A stretch of 64,000 bases of DNA from Fidelibacterota bacterium (GTDB taxonomy: Bacteria > Fidelibacterota > SORT01): positions 18,663 through 82,662 of the forward strand of contig JACZYG010000009.1 in assembly GCA_022571215.1 (NCBI GenBank), written 5' to 3'. A program made the translations under genes and the position numbers. A model generated the notes under the pieces. It worked only from the letters and a program-made list of their open reading frames with translations, ran no database searches and was not told where the DNA came from. Positions 1-11,664 of this stretch are shown here, in pieces; the stretch's first letter is position 1; each line of letters starts with the position of its first letter.

Positions 1-674
1 AGAGGTATGATCTCTATCACCCGTCTATCCATTAGCCCCCTTAATTTTTCTGACGGCATCATTTCATCTAATGCATCGTAAAGCGGGGTAAGATAAGGGC
101 CGATTTTCTCTCTGAGGTCGCCCGGCAGAAAACCCAACTTTTCGCCAGCCTCTACCGCGGGTCTTGTGAGAATTATCCTGTTTACTTCTTTGTTCTTTAG
201 CGCCGAGACCGCCAAGGCAACCGCCAAATAGGTTTTTCCTGTTCCGGCGGGACCGATGACAATAACTATATCATTCTTTAACGCAGATTGATATAACCGC
301 AGCTGCCCTTCCGAACGAGGTTTCACATAACCGCTTTTAGTGAAGACAATTACCTGATCAAGATCAACGTCATCATCATTGAATGCTCCGGCTTCGTTGT
401 AAGTGATTATCGATTTGACATCCTCCTCGTATAATCCGCCCTTCTTATTCAATTCAATGAGCATCTGAGTCACTACCTTTTTGATATCCTCTATCTCTTT
501 TTCTTCGCCCTTTATCTTAAGCACATCTCCCCGGACAGTTATATTCGATTTAAAATGTTTCTCGATAACTTTTATATTTTTGTCCTCTGAACCGAGGAAT
601 AAGAGCGGGTCTGCCCCTTTAAGTTTAATCTTTGCTTCTTTTATCAAATAATATTCTCCATTCTGTAATAGCAT
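1..674 (-). CDS. phoH: PhoH-like ATPase (partial; C-terminus lies beyond the window start)
   Basis: Reverse-strand translation gives MLLQNGEYYLIKEAK...VIGPAGTGKTYLAVALAV...LGFLPGDLREKIGPYLTPLYDAL, which carries a Walker A motif and PhoH-family conserved blocks. The ATG revcomp is at 672-674. It is not in the ORF track because it has no stop in the window. Confidence 0.8.
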   Translation of the reverse strand, partial: MLLQNGEYYLIKEAKIKLKGADPLLFLGSEDKNIKVIEKHFKSNITVRGDVLKIKGEEKEIEDIKKVVTQMLIELNKKGGLYEEDVKSIITYNEAGAFNDDDVDLDQVIVFTKSGYVKPRSEGQLRLYQSALKNDIVIVIGPAGTGKTYLAVALAVSALKNKEVNRIILTRPAVEAGEKLGFLPGDLREKIGPYLTPLYDALDEMMPSEKLRGLMDRRVIEIIP

Positions 675-817
675 ATCAAAATATCAAAAACGAGCGAGAT
701 ATACAAGCACGATTGAATCATTGAGATTATAGGTTATCGTAAATTTATTTTGTCAGAACAGCGAACTATTCTATTGAAAAGTCGGTAATTGAAATGCTTT
801 TACATATCAGCGGGTAT

Positions 818-1816
818 TTAGTCTTTCTTCGCTTCTTTTTTCGGAATGATTAATATGGTATGTATAAGAAGAAGGTCGGGACTCTCGAGAATTGATTTAT
901 TCGCTTGATATATTCTCGTCCATTCAAATGGATTGGAATATATCTCCGCGGCTATTTTAGAAAGATTGTCGCCTTTACTCACCCAATACTCGTTAATTGC
1001 CGGTTCTCTCGGGATTACGAACAGTTGATCGATCTCAATAACATCCGGATCGGATATCTGGTCTCTGTTAGCCGAATAAATCTTCAACCATTGAAACGGA
1101 TCGTTGTAAATCTTTTCCTTGGCAGATATATCCCAAAGATTATCGCCTCTGACTACCTGATATGAATCCGCTTTTCGTCTTAACGTCACACTGCGGGGAG
1201 TTTTTCCGTCTGTTATCCCTGCGTACGGTTGAAGCTCTTGCTCATCAGACATCTCGGCTGCCGTTTCATCCATGCTGTCCGAATCTCCCGAAACAAATGC
1301 CTCAGTGTCCTGAGACGGTCCGGCCATCACATTTCTGTAGTTCGATAACATATTTGCAATATCATCAAGCTTCTGACGATTCTGCTCAAAGACAGAATAA
1401 TCGTTTTCGTTCAAATCTTCTAACCTTGATTCGATACCTTCAAGATATTCTACGGAACCTAAAAGCTCCTCCACTGAAAGATCAGCCAATCCTCCTGCAT
1501 CATTTTCAAGATCGGTGAGTCTTTTCACATAGTTTTGAAACTCTTCATCAGAAGCGCTCAAAAGACCGAATATTTCTTTTCGCTCTTTCTCTATTATCCC
1601 TTCTACTCTTGTCAGTTGTTTTTCAAGAGATTCTATTTCCTTATCAATCTTAGAAAGCTCGTCGCCGGCGGACTTCTCTCTCTCTTTCCAGCGTGTAATC
1701 TCGGCTTTGTACTCTTCAGGCGACATCTTAGACGCGTCCTGAGCATATACGGTTGAGAATGAAACAATCGTTCCAATCCCTATTATACCGGCAACAATTA
1801 CTGATTTTATAGTCAT
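818..1816 (-). CDS. Secreted LysM-domain protein with a coiled-coil region
   Basis: N-terminal signal peptide; central E/K-rich coiled coil; two C-terminal LysM-like repeats (YQVVRGDNLWDISAK..., YWVSKGDNLSKIAAEIY...). Confidence 0.7.
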   Translation of the reverse strand: MTIKSVIVAGIIGIGTIVSFSTVYAQDASKMSPEEYKAEITRWKEREKSAGDELSKIDKEIESLEKQLTRVEGIIEKERKEIFGLLSASDEEFQNYVKRLTDLENDAGGLADLSVEELLGSVEYLEGIESRLEDLNENDYSVFEQNRQKLDDIANMLSNYRNVMAGPSQDTEAFVSGDSDSMDETAAEMSDEQELQPYAGITDGKTPRSVTLRRKADSYQVVRGDNLWDISAKEKIYNDPFQWLKIYSANRDQISDPDVIEIDQLFVIPREPAINEYWVSKGDNLSKIAAEIYSNPFEWTRIYQANKSILESPDLLLIHTILIIPKKEAKKD

Positions 1817-1840
1817 TATATATTATCCTCTGATTTCGTT

Positions 1841-2191
1841 TTACCTGCCATCTCCGTTATCTTCACTCTTTGTGTCAATACCGTTTATATCAGCTTCCGT
1901 CTCGTTTTCAATTGGATTTTCGATATCTTTTAGCCTTTTTATCAAAATATCTTTATCCGTAAGAAGCTGATTCAATTCTTTCTTTTTTGCCGTTAGATTT
2001 TCACTAAGCGTTTTTTGGTCGGCTTTTCGTTTCTCTACTTTCTCTTCAGCAGATAAAGCTGCCGTTTTTGTCTCCTCTAACTCCTTAAGCTGCTCCATTG
2101 TCAATTCAGCGCCACCGCCGCACGCAACCGCAAACAACATTGCAGTCAGTGTCAACGCTAACAACCTCCTTGTTCGAACGAAGCTTTTCAT
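1841..2191 (-). CDS. Coiled-coil lipoprotein, hypothetical
   Basis: ORF 1841..2242. The likely true start is the internal Met (MKSFVRTRRLLALTLTAMLFAVAC), which gives a lipoprotein signal with a lipobox Cys. The remainder is E/K-rich coiled coil. Confidence 0.45.
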   Translation of the reverse strand: MKSFVRTRRLLALTLTAMLFAVACGGGAELTMEQLKELEETKTAALSAEEKVEKRKADQKTLSENLTAKKKELNQLLTDKDILIKRLKDIENPIENETEADINGIDTKSEDNGDGR

Positions 2192-2334
2192 TCTATGTAT
2201 ATTTTTCACTATTACCTTCGATTTTATGTCATTTATCATCATTTGCCCGTTTTAATTTATATCGTCATATACTTGAAAAACAGGTGGTTAACTGATACTG
2301 TTTTTCATGGCACATGAGATTATACTAACTTCTC

Positions 2335-4113
2335 TTATTTAGGTTCCAGCCTTATCCCCAATTCTTTTAATTGGGCTTCAGAAACCTCTGAAGGTGTTTT
2401 TTCCATCAATGCCGAAGCGCTCGCGGTCTTTGGAAAAGCTATTACGTCGCGGATAGAATCAAGTCGTAACATTGTTGCAACAATCCTGTCAAGCCCGAGA
2501 GCTATCCCACCGTGAGGGGGGGCGCCATAGGATAACGCTCTCAATAAAAATCCGAATTTCTGTTCTGCTTCATCAGCGCCTATCCCGAGCGCCTTGAAAA
2601 CTTTTGATTGAACTTCCTTCGAGTGGATTCGTATGCTCCCTCCACCCAGCTCACTCCCGTTGAATACCAAATCATATGCCCTTGCATATACTTTTGACGG
2701 GTCTGAATCCAAAAAATCCAGATCTTCTTTCTTTGGTGAAGTGAACGGATGATGCATTGCGCTATACCTTTTAGTCTCTTCATCCCACTCGAACATTGGA
2801 AAATCTGTTACCCATAGCGGAGAAAACACATCTTTGTCAATAAGGTTCAGTCGTTTGCCGATCTCTAACCGGATTGCTCCTAAACCTTTTAACGCAACGG
2901 GAGCCATATCTGCGGCAAAGAATATGACATCTCCATCCTTTGCGCTAACATTATCAAGCAGCTCAGATTGCAAATTTTCATCGAAGTGACGACTTACTCC
3001 GCCTGCAAGTTTTCCATCCTCGACTTTCGCCCATGACAGACCTCTTAACCCATAAATTTTGGAGTATTCGACAAGTTCATCAATGACCTTTCTGCTAAAA
3101 GTCCCGTTAGCTTCGGCTACAACCGCTCCGACCATTCCTCCGTTGTTCACAGCATCGTTGAACACTTTAAAATCGGTCTTGTTTGCGATTTCAGTGACGT
3201 CGCTGATTTCCACTCCGAACCGAAGATCGGGTTTGTCTGAACCGAAACGGCGCAAGGCATCGTCATAGGGCATCGTTGGAAATGGCGATGGAAGTTCATA
3301 ATCGATGACTTCCTTAAACAGTGTCCTCATCAACTCTTCAGCCATCTGCTTGACATGAGATTCATCAACGAATGACATTTCGATATCGATTTGTGTATGC
3401 TCCGGCTGCCTGTCGGCTCTAAGGTCTTCATCCCTAAACGCCTTGACAATCTGAAAGTATTTATCAAAGCCTGATACCATCAACAGCTGTTTATAAATTT
3501 GCGGAGACTGAGGCAATGCATAGAATTTTCCCTTGCTTAACCTGCTCGGTACCAAAAAATCTCGAGCGCCCTCAGGAGTGGATTTCGTGAGAACAGGAGT
3601 TTCAATTTCTATAAAACCCTTATCAGACATGAATTTTCGTACCGATTGATAAAACCGGTGGCGTGTAACGATGGCATTTTGCATCTTTTTACGGCGGAGG
3701 TCAAGGTATCTATACTCGAGCCGAAGATCTTCCGATGCCTCAACATTTTCTCTTATTTCAAACGGAGGAGTTTCAGATTCGTTAAGCAATTCTATGTTTT
3801 TCGCGTTGACCTCGATCTCACCGCTGTCAAGATTCGGGTTGACGCTTCCTTCAGGCCGCTCACCGACTCTGCCGCTGATCTTAAGAACGTCTTCGGCTGA
3901 AAGTTTCTCCGCAACGGCAAAGCCGTCATCCGCCATTTGAGGATGGAAAACGATCTGCGTCACGCCATACCTGTCTCTCAGATCAACGAAAATCAGACCG
4001 CCATGGTCCCGACGCTTAGCTACCCAACCCATAAGAGTAACTTCACTTCCGGAATCACTTTTACGCAACTCCCCTAAAAAGTGCGTGCGTAATCCTTTAT
4101 AATGTTCTTTCAC
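2335..4113 (-). CDS. aspS: Aspartyl-tRNA synthetase
   Basis: 592 aa with an N-terminal anticodon-binding OB fold (MGWVAKRRDHGGLIFVDLRDRYG) and class II aaRS motifs (FRDEDLRADRQPEHTQIDIEMSF; GGIALGLDRIV). Confidence 0.95.
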   Translation of the reverse strand: MKEHYKGLRTHFLGELRKSDSGSEVTLMGWVAKRRDHGGLIFVDLRDRYGVTQIVFHPQMADDGFAVAEKLSAEDVLKISGRVGERPEGSVNPNLDSGEIEVNAKNIELLNESETPPFEIRENVEASEDLRLEYRYLDLRRKKMQNAIVTRHRFYQSVRKFMSDKGFIEIETPVLTKSTPEGARDFLVPSRLSKGKFYALPQSPQIYKQLLMVSGFDKYFQIVKAFRDEDLRADRQPEHTQIDIEMSFVDESHVKQMAEELMRTLFKEVIDYELPSPFPTMPYDDALRRFGSDKPDLRFGVEISDVTEIANKTDFKVFNDAVNNGGMVGAVVAEANGTFSRKVIDELVEYSKIYGLRGLSWAKVEDGKLAGGVSRHFDENLQSELLDNVSAKDGDVIFFAADMAPVALKGLGAIRLEIGKRLNLIDKDVFSPLWVTDFPMFEWDEETKRYSAMHHPFTSPKKEDLDFLDSDPSKVYARAYDLVFNGSELGGGSIRIHSKEVQSKVFKALGIGADEAEQKFGFLLRALSYGAPPHGGIALGLDRIVATMLRLDSIRDVIAFPKTASASALMEKTPSEVSEAQLKELGIRLEPK

Positions 4114-4196
4114 TTAATCTTAATGACCAATTTTCATATAGTTGTTTAATATACAGAATTGAGCTGAGATATTCTACTTGATAGAAATACCGACTT

Positions 4197-4601
4197 TTAT
4201 TTCCTATTCGCTATCCTTAACCTGTTCTTTGCTCTTCTTACCGCTGCTACTGCTCTGTCCCGGTTCAGATTCTCCGGATGGTCGCTTAGCATTTTTTGAG
4301 CTCTTTCAAGCGCTGCCTGAGCTCTTTCTAAATCAATATCCTCCGGCAGCTCGGCAGTCTCAACTAATAAGAGAATTCGTTCCCGCTGAATTTCGCAATA
4401 ACCATCGCTTATCGCTAATAATTGCTGACGATCACCGCTCTCGATCTTGACTTCCCCCGGTTTCAGAGCGATAATAGCCGGAATGTGTCTCGCTAATATC
4501 CCGAAACTACCGTCTAACCCCGGCGCCCGGACATGACGCACATCATTAAAAGTTCTTGACGATGTTGGAGTTACTACTTCTACATTGAAGTTTTCAGCCA
4601 A
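4197..4601 (-). CDS. atpC: F1 ATP synthase epsilon subunit
   Basis: 134 aa; VEVVTPTSSRTFNDVRHVRAPGLDGSFGILARH is typical of epsilon; it is the last gene of the atp operon. Confidence 0.9.
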   Translation of the reverse strand: MAENFNVEVVTPTSSRTFNDVRHVRAPGLDGSFGILARHIPAIIALKPGEVKIESGDRQQLLAISDGYCEIQRERILLLVETAELPEDIDLERAQAALERAQKMLSDHPENLNRDRAVAAVRRAKNRLRIANRK

Positions 4602-4603
4602 TT

Positions 4604-6022
<1,419 letters not shown>

Positions 6023-6036
6023 TCATTATATAAAAA

Positions 6037-6951
6037 TCAATCTTTGAGAGCCTCCGCTCCACCTACAATATCAAGCAGGTCCCTCGTTATTGACGATTGT
6101 CTCGCTTTATTGTAAAACAACTGAAGTTCATCTATCATTTCATTGGCGGATTCGGTTGCGTTTTCCATAGCGGTCATCCTCGCGCCCTGTTCTGATGCCA
6201 TCGATTCAAGAAGTATCCGCCACATTTGAACAACTAAATACTTGGGGACTATGGCATTCACTACCTCCTCAACAGAGGGTTCGAAGAGCATATCGCCGAA
6301 TATTTCGGCACTTACTTCTTCTTTTTCTATTTCTTTCTCACTCTCTACTCCGGGCATAAAATCGTCTCGTGGATCGCCGCTTTTCAGCGGTAAAAATCGT
6401 TCAGCGATCAAATCCTGCTTCACTGCCGATTTGAATTCATGATATACAACATCAACCCTGTCAAGATCATGGGAGAGGTATTGAGTTTTTATCGTATCAG
6501 TTATATCAACCGCATGCTCAAATCGGAGCTTTTTGGAAAAATCGGTATATTCGGCGAGCAAATCGTAATCTCTCCTCTTGAAAAAGTCTCTCGCTTTCCT
6601 TCCTACAGCTATAACGCTCGTGTTATCCTTGCCGTACGAGTCGATGATACCGACAGCTCTATTCAAAATATTTGTATTGAATGAACCGCATAAACCTCTG
6701 TCCGAAGTAACCACAACCACGCAATATTTAGACGGTTCCCGAACGGCTAAAAGAGGATTTATATCAGTCTCAATTTTCGGCATACAATTGTTCAGGAGGT
6801 CTTTTATCTTGAACGCATATGGTCTCGCTTGAATTATTGCCTCCTGCGCGCGACGCAGCTTTACGGTTGCCACCATCTTCATGGCACGGGTAACCTGCTC
6901 GATCCCCCTAACCGACGACATCCTCGACTTTATTTCTTTTAGAGTTGCCAC
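6037..6951 (-). CDS. atpG: F1 ATP synthase gamma subunit
   Basis: 304 aa; N-terminal MATLKEIKSRMSSVRGIEQVTRAMKMVA and C-terminal ITRDLLDIVGGAEAL are the gamma signature. Confidence 0.93.
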   Translation of the reverse strand: MATLKEIKSRMSSVRGIEQVTRAMKMVATVKLRRAQEAIIQARPYAFKIKDLLNNCMPKIETDINPLLAVREPSKYCVVVVTSDRGLCGSFNTNILNRAVGIIDSYGKDNTSVIAVGRKARDFFKRRDYDLLAEYTDFSKKLRFEHAVDITDTIKTQYLSHDLDRVDVVYHEFKSAVKQDLIAERFLPLKSGDPRDDFMPGVESEKEIEKEEVSAEIFGDMLFEPSVEEVVNAIVPKYLVVQMWRILLESMASEQGARMTAMENATESANEMIDELQLFYNKARQSSITRDLLDIVGGAEALKD

Positions 6952-8468
6952 TAAGCCTCTTTCAACTTGAATGATTCAACGAAACTCTGAACAGCCTTTT
7001 TCAACTCCTCATTCAAATCATCGGACAAAACCTTTTCGGAGTCTATTGTTCTAAGTATTTTCGAATGTTCCTGCTCCATATAGTCATCGAACTCTACCGC
7101 GAATTGAACGATCTTCTCGGTTGGAATTTCATCTAAATGACCGTTTGTTCCTGCGTATATCAATGCAATTTGATTACCGAACTTCATCGGTTTAAATTGA
7201 TTCTGCTTCAGGATTTCGACTAACCGCTCCCCCCTCGTTAGCTGCGCAAGGGTAGCTTTGTCGAGGTCGGAACCGAACTTTGCGAATCCCGCTATTTCCC
7301 TGTATTGGGCAAGATCTATCTTTAGAGATCCCGCTACCTGTTTCATCGCTTTTATCTGGGCGTTCGAACCTACTCGCGATACCGAGATACCCACGTTGAT
7401 AGCCGGCCTTATACCCGAATGGAAAAGATCGGTTTCCAAAAATATTTGACCGTCCGTAATGGAAATCACGTTGGTAGGTATATAAGCTGAAACGTCGCTT
7501 AGCTGCGTCTCTATTATCGGAAGAGCCGTAAGGGAGCCGCCGCCGAGCTTATCGCTCAACTTTGCAGCTCTTTCAAGGAGTCTTGAGTGAAGATAGAATA
7601 CGTCTCCGGGATATGCTTCTCGACCCGGGGGACGTCTCAATAACAAAGAGACCTGTCTGTATGCCCATGCGTGCTTGGAGAGATCATCATATACTACAAG
7701 AGCGTGTTCTCCCTTATCTCTGAAATACTCTCCTATAGCCGCCCCCGCATACGGAGCGATGAACTGCATAGGCGCGGGATCGTTCGCATTTGCCGCGACT
7801 ACTACGGTATAATCCATGGCGCCGCGGTCTTCAAGCGTTTGGATAACTGTTGCAACCGTAGATGCCTTCTGTCCGATAGCGACATATATGCACTTCACGT
7901 CCCCGCCCTTTTGATTGATGATAGTATCGATCGCAATGGCGGTCTTCCCGGTTTGTCTGTCGCCGATGATCAACTCTCTTTGACCTCTGCCTATCGGGAT
8001 CATCGAGTCTATAGCCTTTATCCCTGTCGCCAAGGGTTCAGTGACCGGTTGACGGTCAATTACGCCGAGAGCTTTCTTTTCTATAGTGTAAGTTTCAGCG
8101 GCGTTTATCTTTCCCTTGCCGTCAAGCGGATGACCGATCGGATTTACTACCCTTCCTAACATCTCTTCCCCAACGCCTATCTCTACGATCCTTCCGGTTC
8201 TCTTAGCCGTATCGCCTTCTTTAATTCCCCTATCGTCGCCGAAGAGGATAATACCAACGTTATCCCTCTCAAGATTGAGCGCCATACCGAAAACACCGCC
8301 CGGAAACTCTATAAGTTCCGATGCCATTGCTTTTTCAAGCCCTACCACTCTGGCAATACCGTCCCCCACCATTATCACTTCGCCAACTTCTTCAACATCA
8401 ATTGTTACCTTGAAACCTTCTATTTGCTTTTTGAGCAGAGAAGTTATTTCGTCGGTTTTTATAGCCAT
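6951..8468 (-). CDS. atpA: F1 ATP synthase alpha subunit
   Basis: 505 aa; [18 protein letters not shown] Walker A; alpha-specific blocks. Confidence 0.97.
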   Translation of the reverse strand: MAIKTDEITSLLKKQIEGFKVTIDVEEVGEVIMVGDGIARVVGLEKAMASELIEFPGGVFGMALNLERDNVGIILFGDDRGIKEGDTAKRTGRIVEIGVGEEMLGRVVNPIGHPLDGKGKINAAETYTIEKKALGVIDRQPVTEPLATGIKAIDSMIPIGRGQRELIIGDRQTGKTAIAIDTIINQKGGDVKCIYVAIGQKASTVATVIQTLEDRGAMDYTVVVAANANDPAPMQFIAPYAGAAIGEYFRDKGEHALVVYDDLSKHAWAYRQVSLLLRRPPGREAYPGDVFYLHSRLLERAAKLSDKLGGGSLTALPIIETQLSDVSAYIPTNVISITDGQIFLETDLFHSGIRPAINVGISVSRVGSNAQIKAMKQVAGSLKIDLAQYREIAGFAKFGSDLDKATLAQLTRGERLVEILKQNQFKPMKFGNQIALIYAGTNGHLDEIPTEKIVQFAVEFDDYMEQEHSKILRTIDSEKVLSDDLNEELKKAVQSFVESFKLKEA

Positions 8469-8488
8469 TATTACTCCTAAATTATCAC

Positions 8489-9025
8489 TCAGCTCAAAAG
8501 AGTCTGCCGCAATCGCGTGAGACTTCCTCGAACAGAACCGTCAATGACGGTGTTCCCAATCCTTAACTTTATCCCGCCGATGATAGACGGGTCCACTGTG
8601 GATTCAATTATAACATCCTTATCAAAAGACTTCTCCAATGCTTTTTTCACATTGGCGGTCAACTCTTCTGATAATTTTTCATGCGTAACTGCAGTCACGA
8701 ACAGTTGATTTTTCGACTCCATAGCCTTCAGATTATAGCTGTCGGATATATCGGAAATCAAATCTTGTCTTTTATTTTCAATCAATGTTTTCATAAATTT
8801 TGACAAAAGATCGGTAAAATCATCTCCGAAAACAGCGCCAAGAGCTTTTATCTTCTGCGGAATCTCTATCTTAAAAGAAAACAGGAATGACCTGAACTCG
8901 GGAATCACTTTATAAGATTCTTTTAAAAGCTTCAAGCCATTTCCGGTTTTGTCCACTTCATTTTTCTCTTTCGCAAGCCCGAACAATACCGAAGAATATT
9001 TTCTTGCCGCGGTCAGATCTTTCAA
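8489..9025 (-). CDS. atpH: F1 ATP synthase delta (OSCP) subunit
   Basis: 178 aa; position between atpF and atpA; OSCP-like helical N-terminus. Confidence 0.85.
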   Translation of the reverse strand: MKDLTAARKYSSVLFGLAKEKNEVDKTGNGLKLLKESYKVIPEFRSFLFSFKIEIPQKIKALGAVFGDDFTDLLSKFMKTLIENKRQDLISDISDSYNLKAMESKNQLFVTAVTHEKLSEELTANVKKALEKSFDKDVIIESTVDPSIIGGIKLRIGNTVIDGSVRGSLTRLRQTLLS

Positions 9026-9522
9026 TCTTTCTTATCCATGCTCTGCATCGTTTCTTCTATAAGGCTGATATGATCATCAGCATTCAGATTCCGTTTCAGC
9101 ATTTTCTCCGCCGCTGAAATGGAAATGTCCACGACCAACTGTTTTATCTGATTAATCGCGTCTGCCCGCTCAGAATCAATCTCTTTCTTGGCTTTCTCCA
9201 CTAATGACGCAGATTTTTTTCCGGCTTCCTCCAAGATATCCGCCTTTACTTTTTCTGCGGATTCTTTTCCTGCGGCGACTATCTGGCGAACTTCCTCTCT
9301 CGCCTCGGCAAGTTTCTTGTTATATTCCTTCATCGCGTCTTCAGATTTCCTTTGAGTCTCTTCCGCCTTTTTAACGGCATCATTTATCATCGTTTCTCTG
9401 CGATCAAGATTTTCTATAAGCGGTCCCCAAAGAAATTTCTTCATTAAGAGCAGAAGAAGCAAAAATGTGATGGCAGACCAAAAAACGAGTCCTGTACTTA
9501 CATCTAATAGTGTAAATTCCAT
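9022..9522 (-). CDS. atpF: Fo ATP synthase subunit b
   Basis: 166 aa; single N-terminal TM helix followed by a long charged helix; ATGA overlap with atpH. Confidence 0.85.
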   Translation of the reverse strand: MEFTLLDVSTGLVFWSAITFLLLLLLMKKFLWGPLIENLDRRETMINDAVKKAEETQRKSEDAMKEYNKKLAEAREEVRQIVAAGKESAEKVKADILEEAGKKSASLVEKAKKEIDSERADAINQIKQLVVDISISAAEKMLKRNLNADDHISLIEETMQSMDKKD

Positions 9523-9533
9523 TTCCGGTTCGC

Positions 9534-9770
9534 TTATTCTCCTGTGAGAACTATGAGTAGTACGGTTACTATGATTGAAAAGAACGCAACGCCTTCGATA
9601 AGAGCGGCGGCTACGATCATAGCGCCTCTGATATCTGCGGCTGCTTCAGGCTGTCTTCCGATGCTCTCCATCGCACTGCTGCCGATCTTTCCAATTCCGA
9701 GGGCGGTTCCTATTGTGATCAATCCTGCGCCGATACCCGCTGCTAACCACGCTAACGCCTGTGATTCCAT
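9534..9770 (-). CDS. atpE: Fo ATP synthase subunit c (H+-type)
   Basis: 78 aa two-helix hairpin, GRQPE loop, carboxylate in IEGVAFF. No Q/S/T/Y Na+-coordination pattern. Confidence 0.9.
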   Translation of the reverse strand: MESQALAWLAAGIGAGLITIGTALGIGKIGSSAMESIGRQPEAAADIRGAMIVAAALIEGVAFFSIIVTVLLIVLTGE

Positions 9771-9803
9771 ATTATTTTCTCCTTGATTTATATTTTTTAA
9801 TTT

Positions 9804-10607
9804 TCAATGTTCCGGATGTAAACTCATTCCGACAAATATTGCCGAAAGATATGTAAACACGTATGTCTGAATCAAAACTATCAATATTTCAAGCACGCTC
9901 ATTGCCAAATTAGTTACTATGGTGAATGGAGCCAACAGCCAACTCTGCAAAATATAAATCAAGCCGAACAGAGTCAGTATGACTATATGCCCGGCTATCA
10001 TGTTCGCGAATAACCGGATGGCAAGCGCAAACGATTTTGTAAATAAGCCGAGAACTTCAGCCAAAACAATTATCGGCAGTATGAATCCCGGTACATCGGG
10101 TGGCACAAAAGATTTTAAGAATCCGCCGAATCCGTTTTTTCTTATGCCCCCAAAAATGATAGTCAGAAATGTCATGCCCGCAAGCATTCCCGTCACGCTC
10201 AAACTACCGGTTGGGTTAGCAAGAAATGGAATCATTCCGATAGCGTTATTCATAAGTACGAAGAAGAAGAAGGTGCAAAACAGAGGCATGAATCCCTTCC
10301 AGTCTTCCCGTAAATTCGGTTTTACTATATCATCACGAATGAATTGTACAATTGCTTCAAGTGCCTGCGCCAATCTCCCCCGGGGAACCAATCTAAGATT
10401 ATTTCTCACACTAAACGTAATCCCCAAAAGAATCGCCGAGGATATCCACATAAATATAGTAAGTTTGGTTATAGACAGGTCAAATCCGTATAGATTCAGC
10501 TCTATCCAAACTTGATCGCTTACTTCGTGAAAGATTTCCCCAATAACGTGAATCGGCTCAATGTCTTCTAAACTGTGGACCTTTTTTGATCCTTCAGATA
10601 ACAACAT
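9804..10607 (-). CDS. atpB: Fo ATP synthase subunit a
   Basis: 267 aa polytopic; conserved Arg-containing helix (LALAIRLFANMIAGH). Confidence 0.9.
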   Translation of the reverse strand: MLLSEGSKKVHSLEDIEPIHVIGEIFHEVSDQVWIELNLYGFDLSITKLTIFMWISSAILLGITFSVRNNLRLVPRGRLAQALEAIVQFIRDDIVKPNLREDWKGFMPLFCTFFFFVLMNNAIGMIPFLANPTGSLSVTGMLAGMTFLTIIFGGIRKNGFGGFLKSFVPPDVPGFILPIIVLAEVLGLFTKSFALAIRLFANMIAGHIVILTLFGLIYILQSWLLAPFTIVTNLAMSVLEILIVLIQTYVFTYLSAIFVGMSLHPEH

Positions 10608-10991
10608 CTATGTCTTCTTAATGTTCCTATTTTCAATCTTCATCATATACAGAACCTCAAAGATAAATAGGAAAAAATAAATTGCAACCAGAATTATCAA
10701 AAAATATCGAATATTTATATTTGCGTACTGATTTAAAATCAAATAAACGCCTAAAAAGATAGCGACTTTGCTTCCGAGACTGAATGAAACACCTTTTAAC
10801 ACCTGAGTATTGTCTCCCTGAGCTCCCCATTTTTTAAAAAAATGACTCGCCTCCATCATACTGAATGCCGTCAGCGCCGCGAATAGGAGAGTTTGTCCGT
10901 CCACTTCGATGAAATTAGAAAAAACGATGTAGATCAATAAAGCTGCAAAAACCGTTATGATCGATCCTAACAGATGAAAATTATTTTTCAA
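10608..10991 (-). CDS. atpI: AtpI-like small membrane protein (ATP synthase protein I)
   Basis: 127 aa, about 4 TM helices, immediately upstream of and abutting atpB. Confidence 0.45.
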   Translation of the reverse strand: MKNNFHLLGSIITVFAALLIYIVFSNFIEVDGQTLLFAALTAFSMMEASHFFKKWGAQGDNTQVLKGVSFSLGSKVAIFLGVYLILNQYANINIRYFLIILVAIYFFLFIFEVLYMMKIENRNIKKT

Positions 10992-11017
10992 GTGACGTCT
11001 CAGCCTTTATCGGGTTA

Positions 11018-11230
11018 TTATTTTTGACGATAAAGTTTTCTCATGAAATATACAAATGAAATAGAGGCAAAGAGTATACCGATGAGCAAAAATAGAGGCA
11101 AGGTTGAAAACTTCTTGTCTAACCAATAACCTCCGAGCATATAAAATGCGAACGAAACTGCCACTTGTAAACCGAATGAGTAATTCTGATTGTTGAACCT
11201 TGTTTCTTTTTTATCACCAGGTTTTGACAT
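11018..11230 (-). CDS. AtpZ/ATPase_gene1-family two-TM protein
   Basis: 70 aa with two TM helices. Its position at the head of the atp operon is typical of the putative F0F1-ATPase accessory subunit family. Confidence 0.5.
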   Translation of the reverse strand: MSKPGDKKETRFNNQNYSFGLQVAVSFAFYMLGGYWLDKKFSTLPLFLLIGILFASISFVYFMRKLYRQK

Positions 11231-11235
11231 ACCGG

Positions 11236-11649
11236 TCAGCTCGGATTGACATCGAGCTCATCTTCTGTTTTTTCGCTATCATCTTTCAATTCTTCATCTG
11301 CATTCTTGTCGAGCATGACGCATCTTCCTTCGAATATGGCGCCCTCTTCAATTTTAAGTCGAGCGGTTTTCAGATCACCCTTCAAACGCGAGTGCGCGCC
11401 GAGCACCGTGCTATCTATAACATCCAAATTTCCCTCGATAATTCCTCCGAGTTTAGCTGAATGTGCCTTAACATTTCCCTTGATTACTCCTGACCTGCCT
11501 ACTCTGATAGTCCGTTGGGTGGTAACATCTCCGGTGACAGTACCGTTAATGAGGATACTGTTTTCTCCAACTATATCCCCTTCGATGACTGTGCCTTCGC
11601 CAACCAAAGTTTCTATTCGGTCGATTGTCTTAGCGTTAAATCCCTTCAT
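11236..11649 (-). CDS. Bactofilin (polymer-forming cytoskeletal protein)
   Basis: 137 aa with a beta-helical repeat core (IEGDIVGENSILINGTVTGDVTT...VIKGNVKAHSAKLGGIIEGNLDV) and an acidic tail. Confidence 0.8.
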   Translation of the reverse strand: MKGFNAKTIDRIETLVGEGTVIEGDIVGENSILINGTVTGDVTTQRTIRVGRSGVIKGNVKAHSAKLGGIIEGNLDVIDSTVLGAHSRLKGDLKTARLKIEEGAIFEGRCVMLDKNADEELKDDSEKTEDELDVNPS

Positions 11650-11664
11650 ACTGTTTTTATTTCC

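Noticed and set aside
9534-9770. Possibility that the ATP synthase is Na+-translocating (N-ATPase-like) because of the AtpZ/AtpI-like leader genes
   Set aside because: The operon contains delta and the canonical F-type order. The c subunit lacks the Na+-coordination residue pattern.
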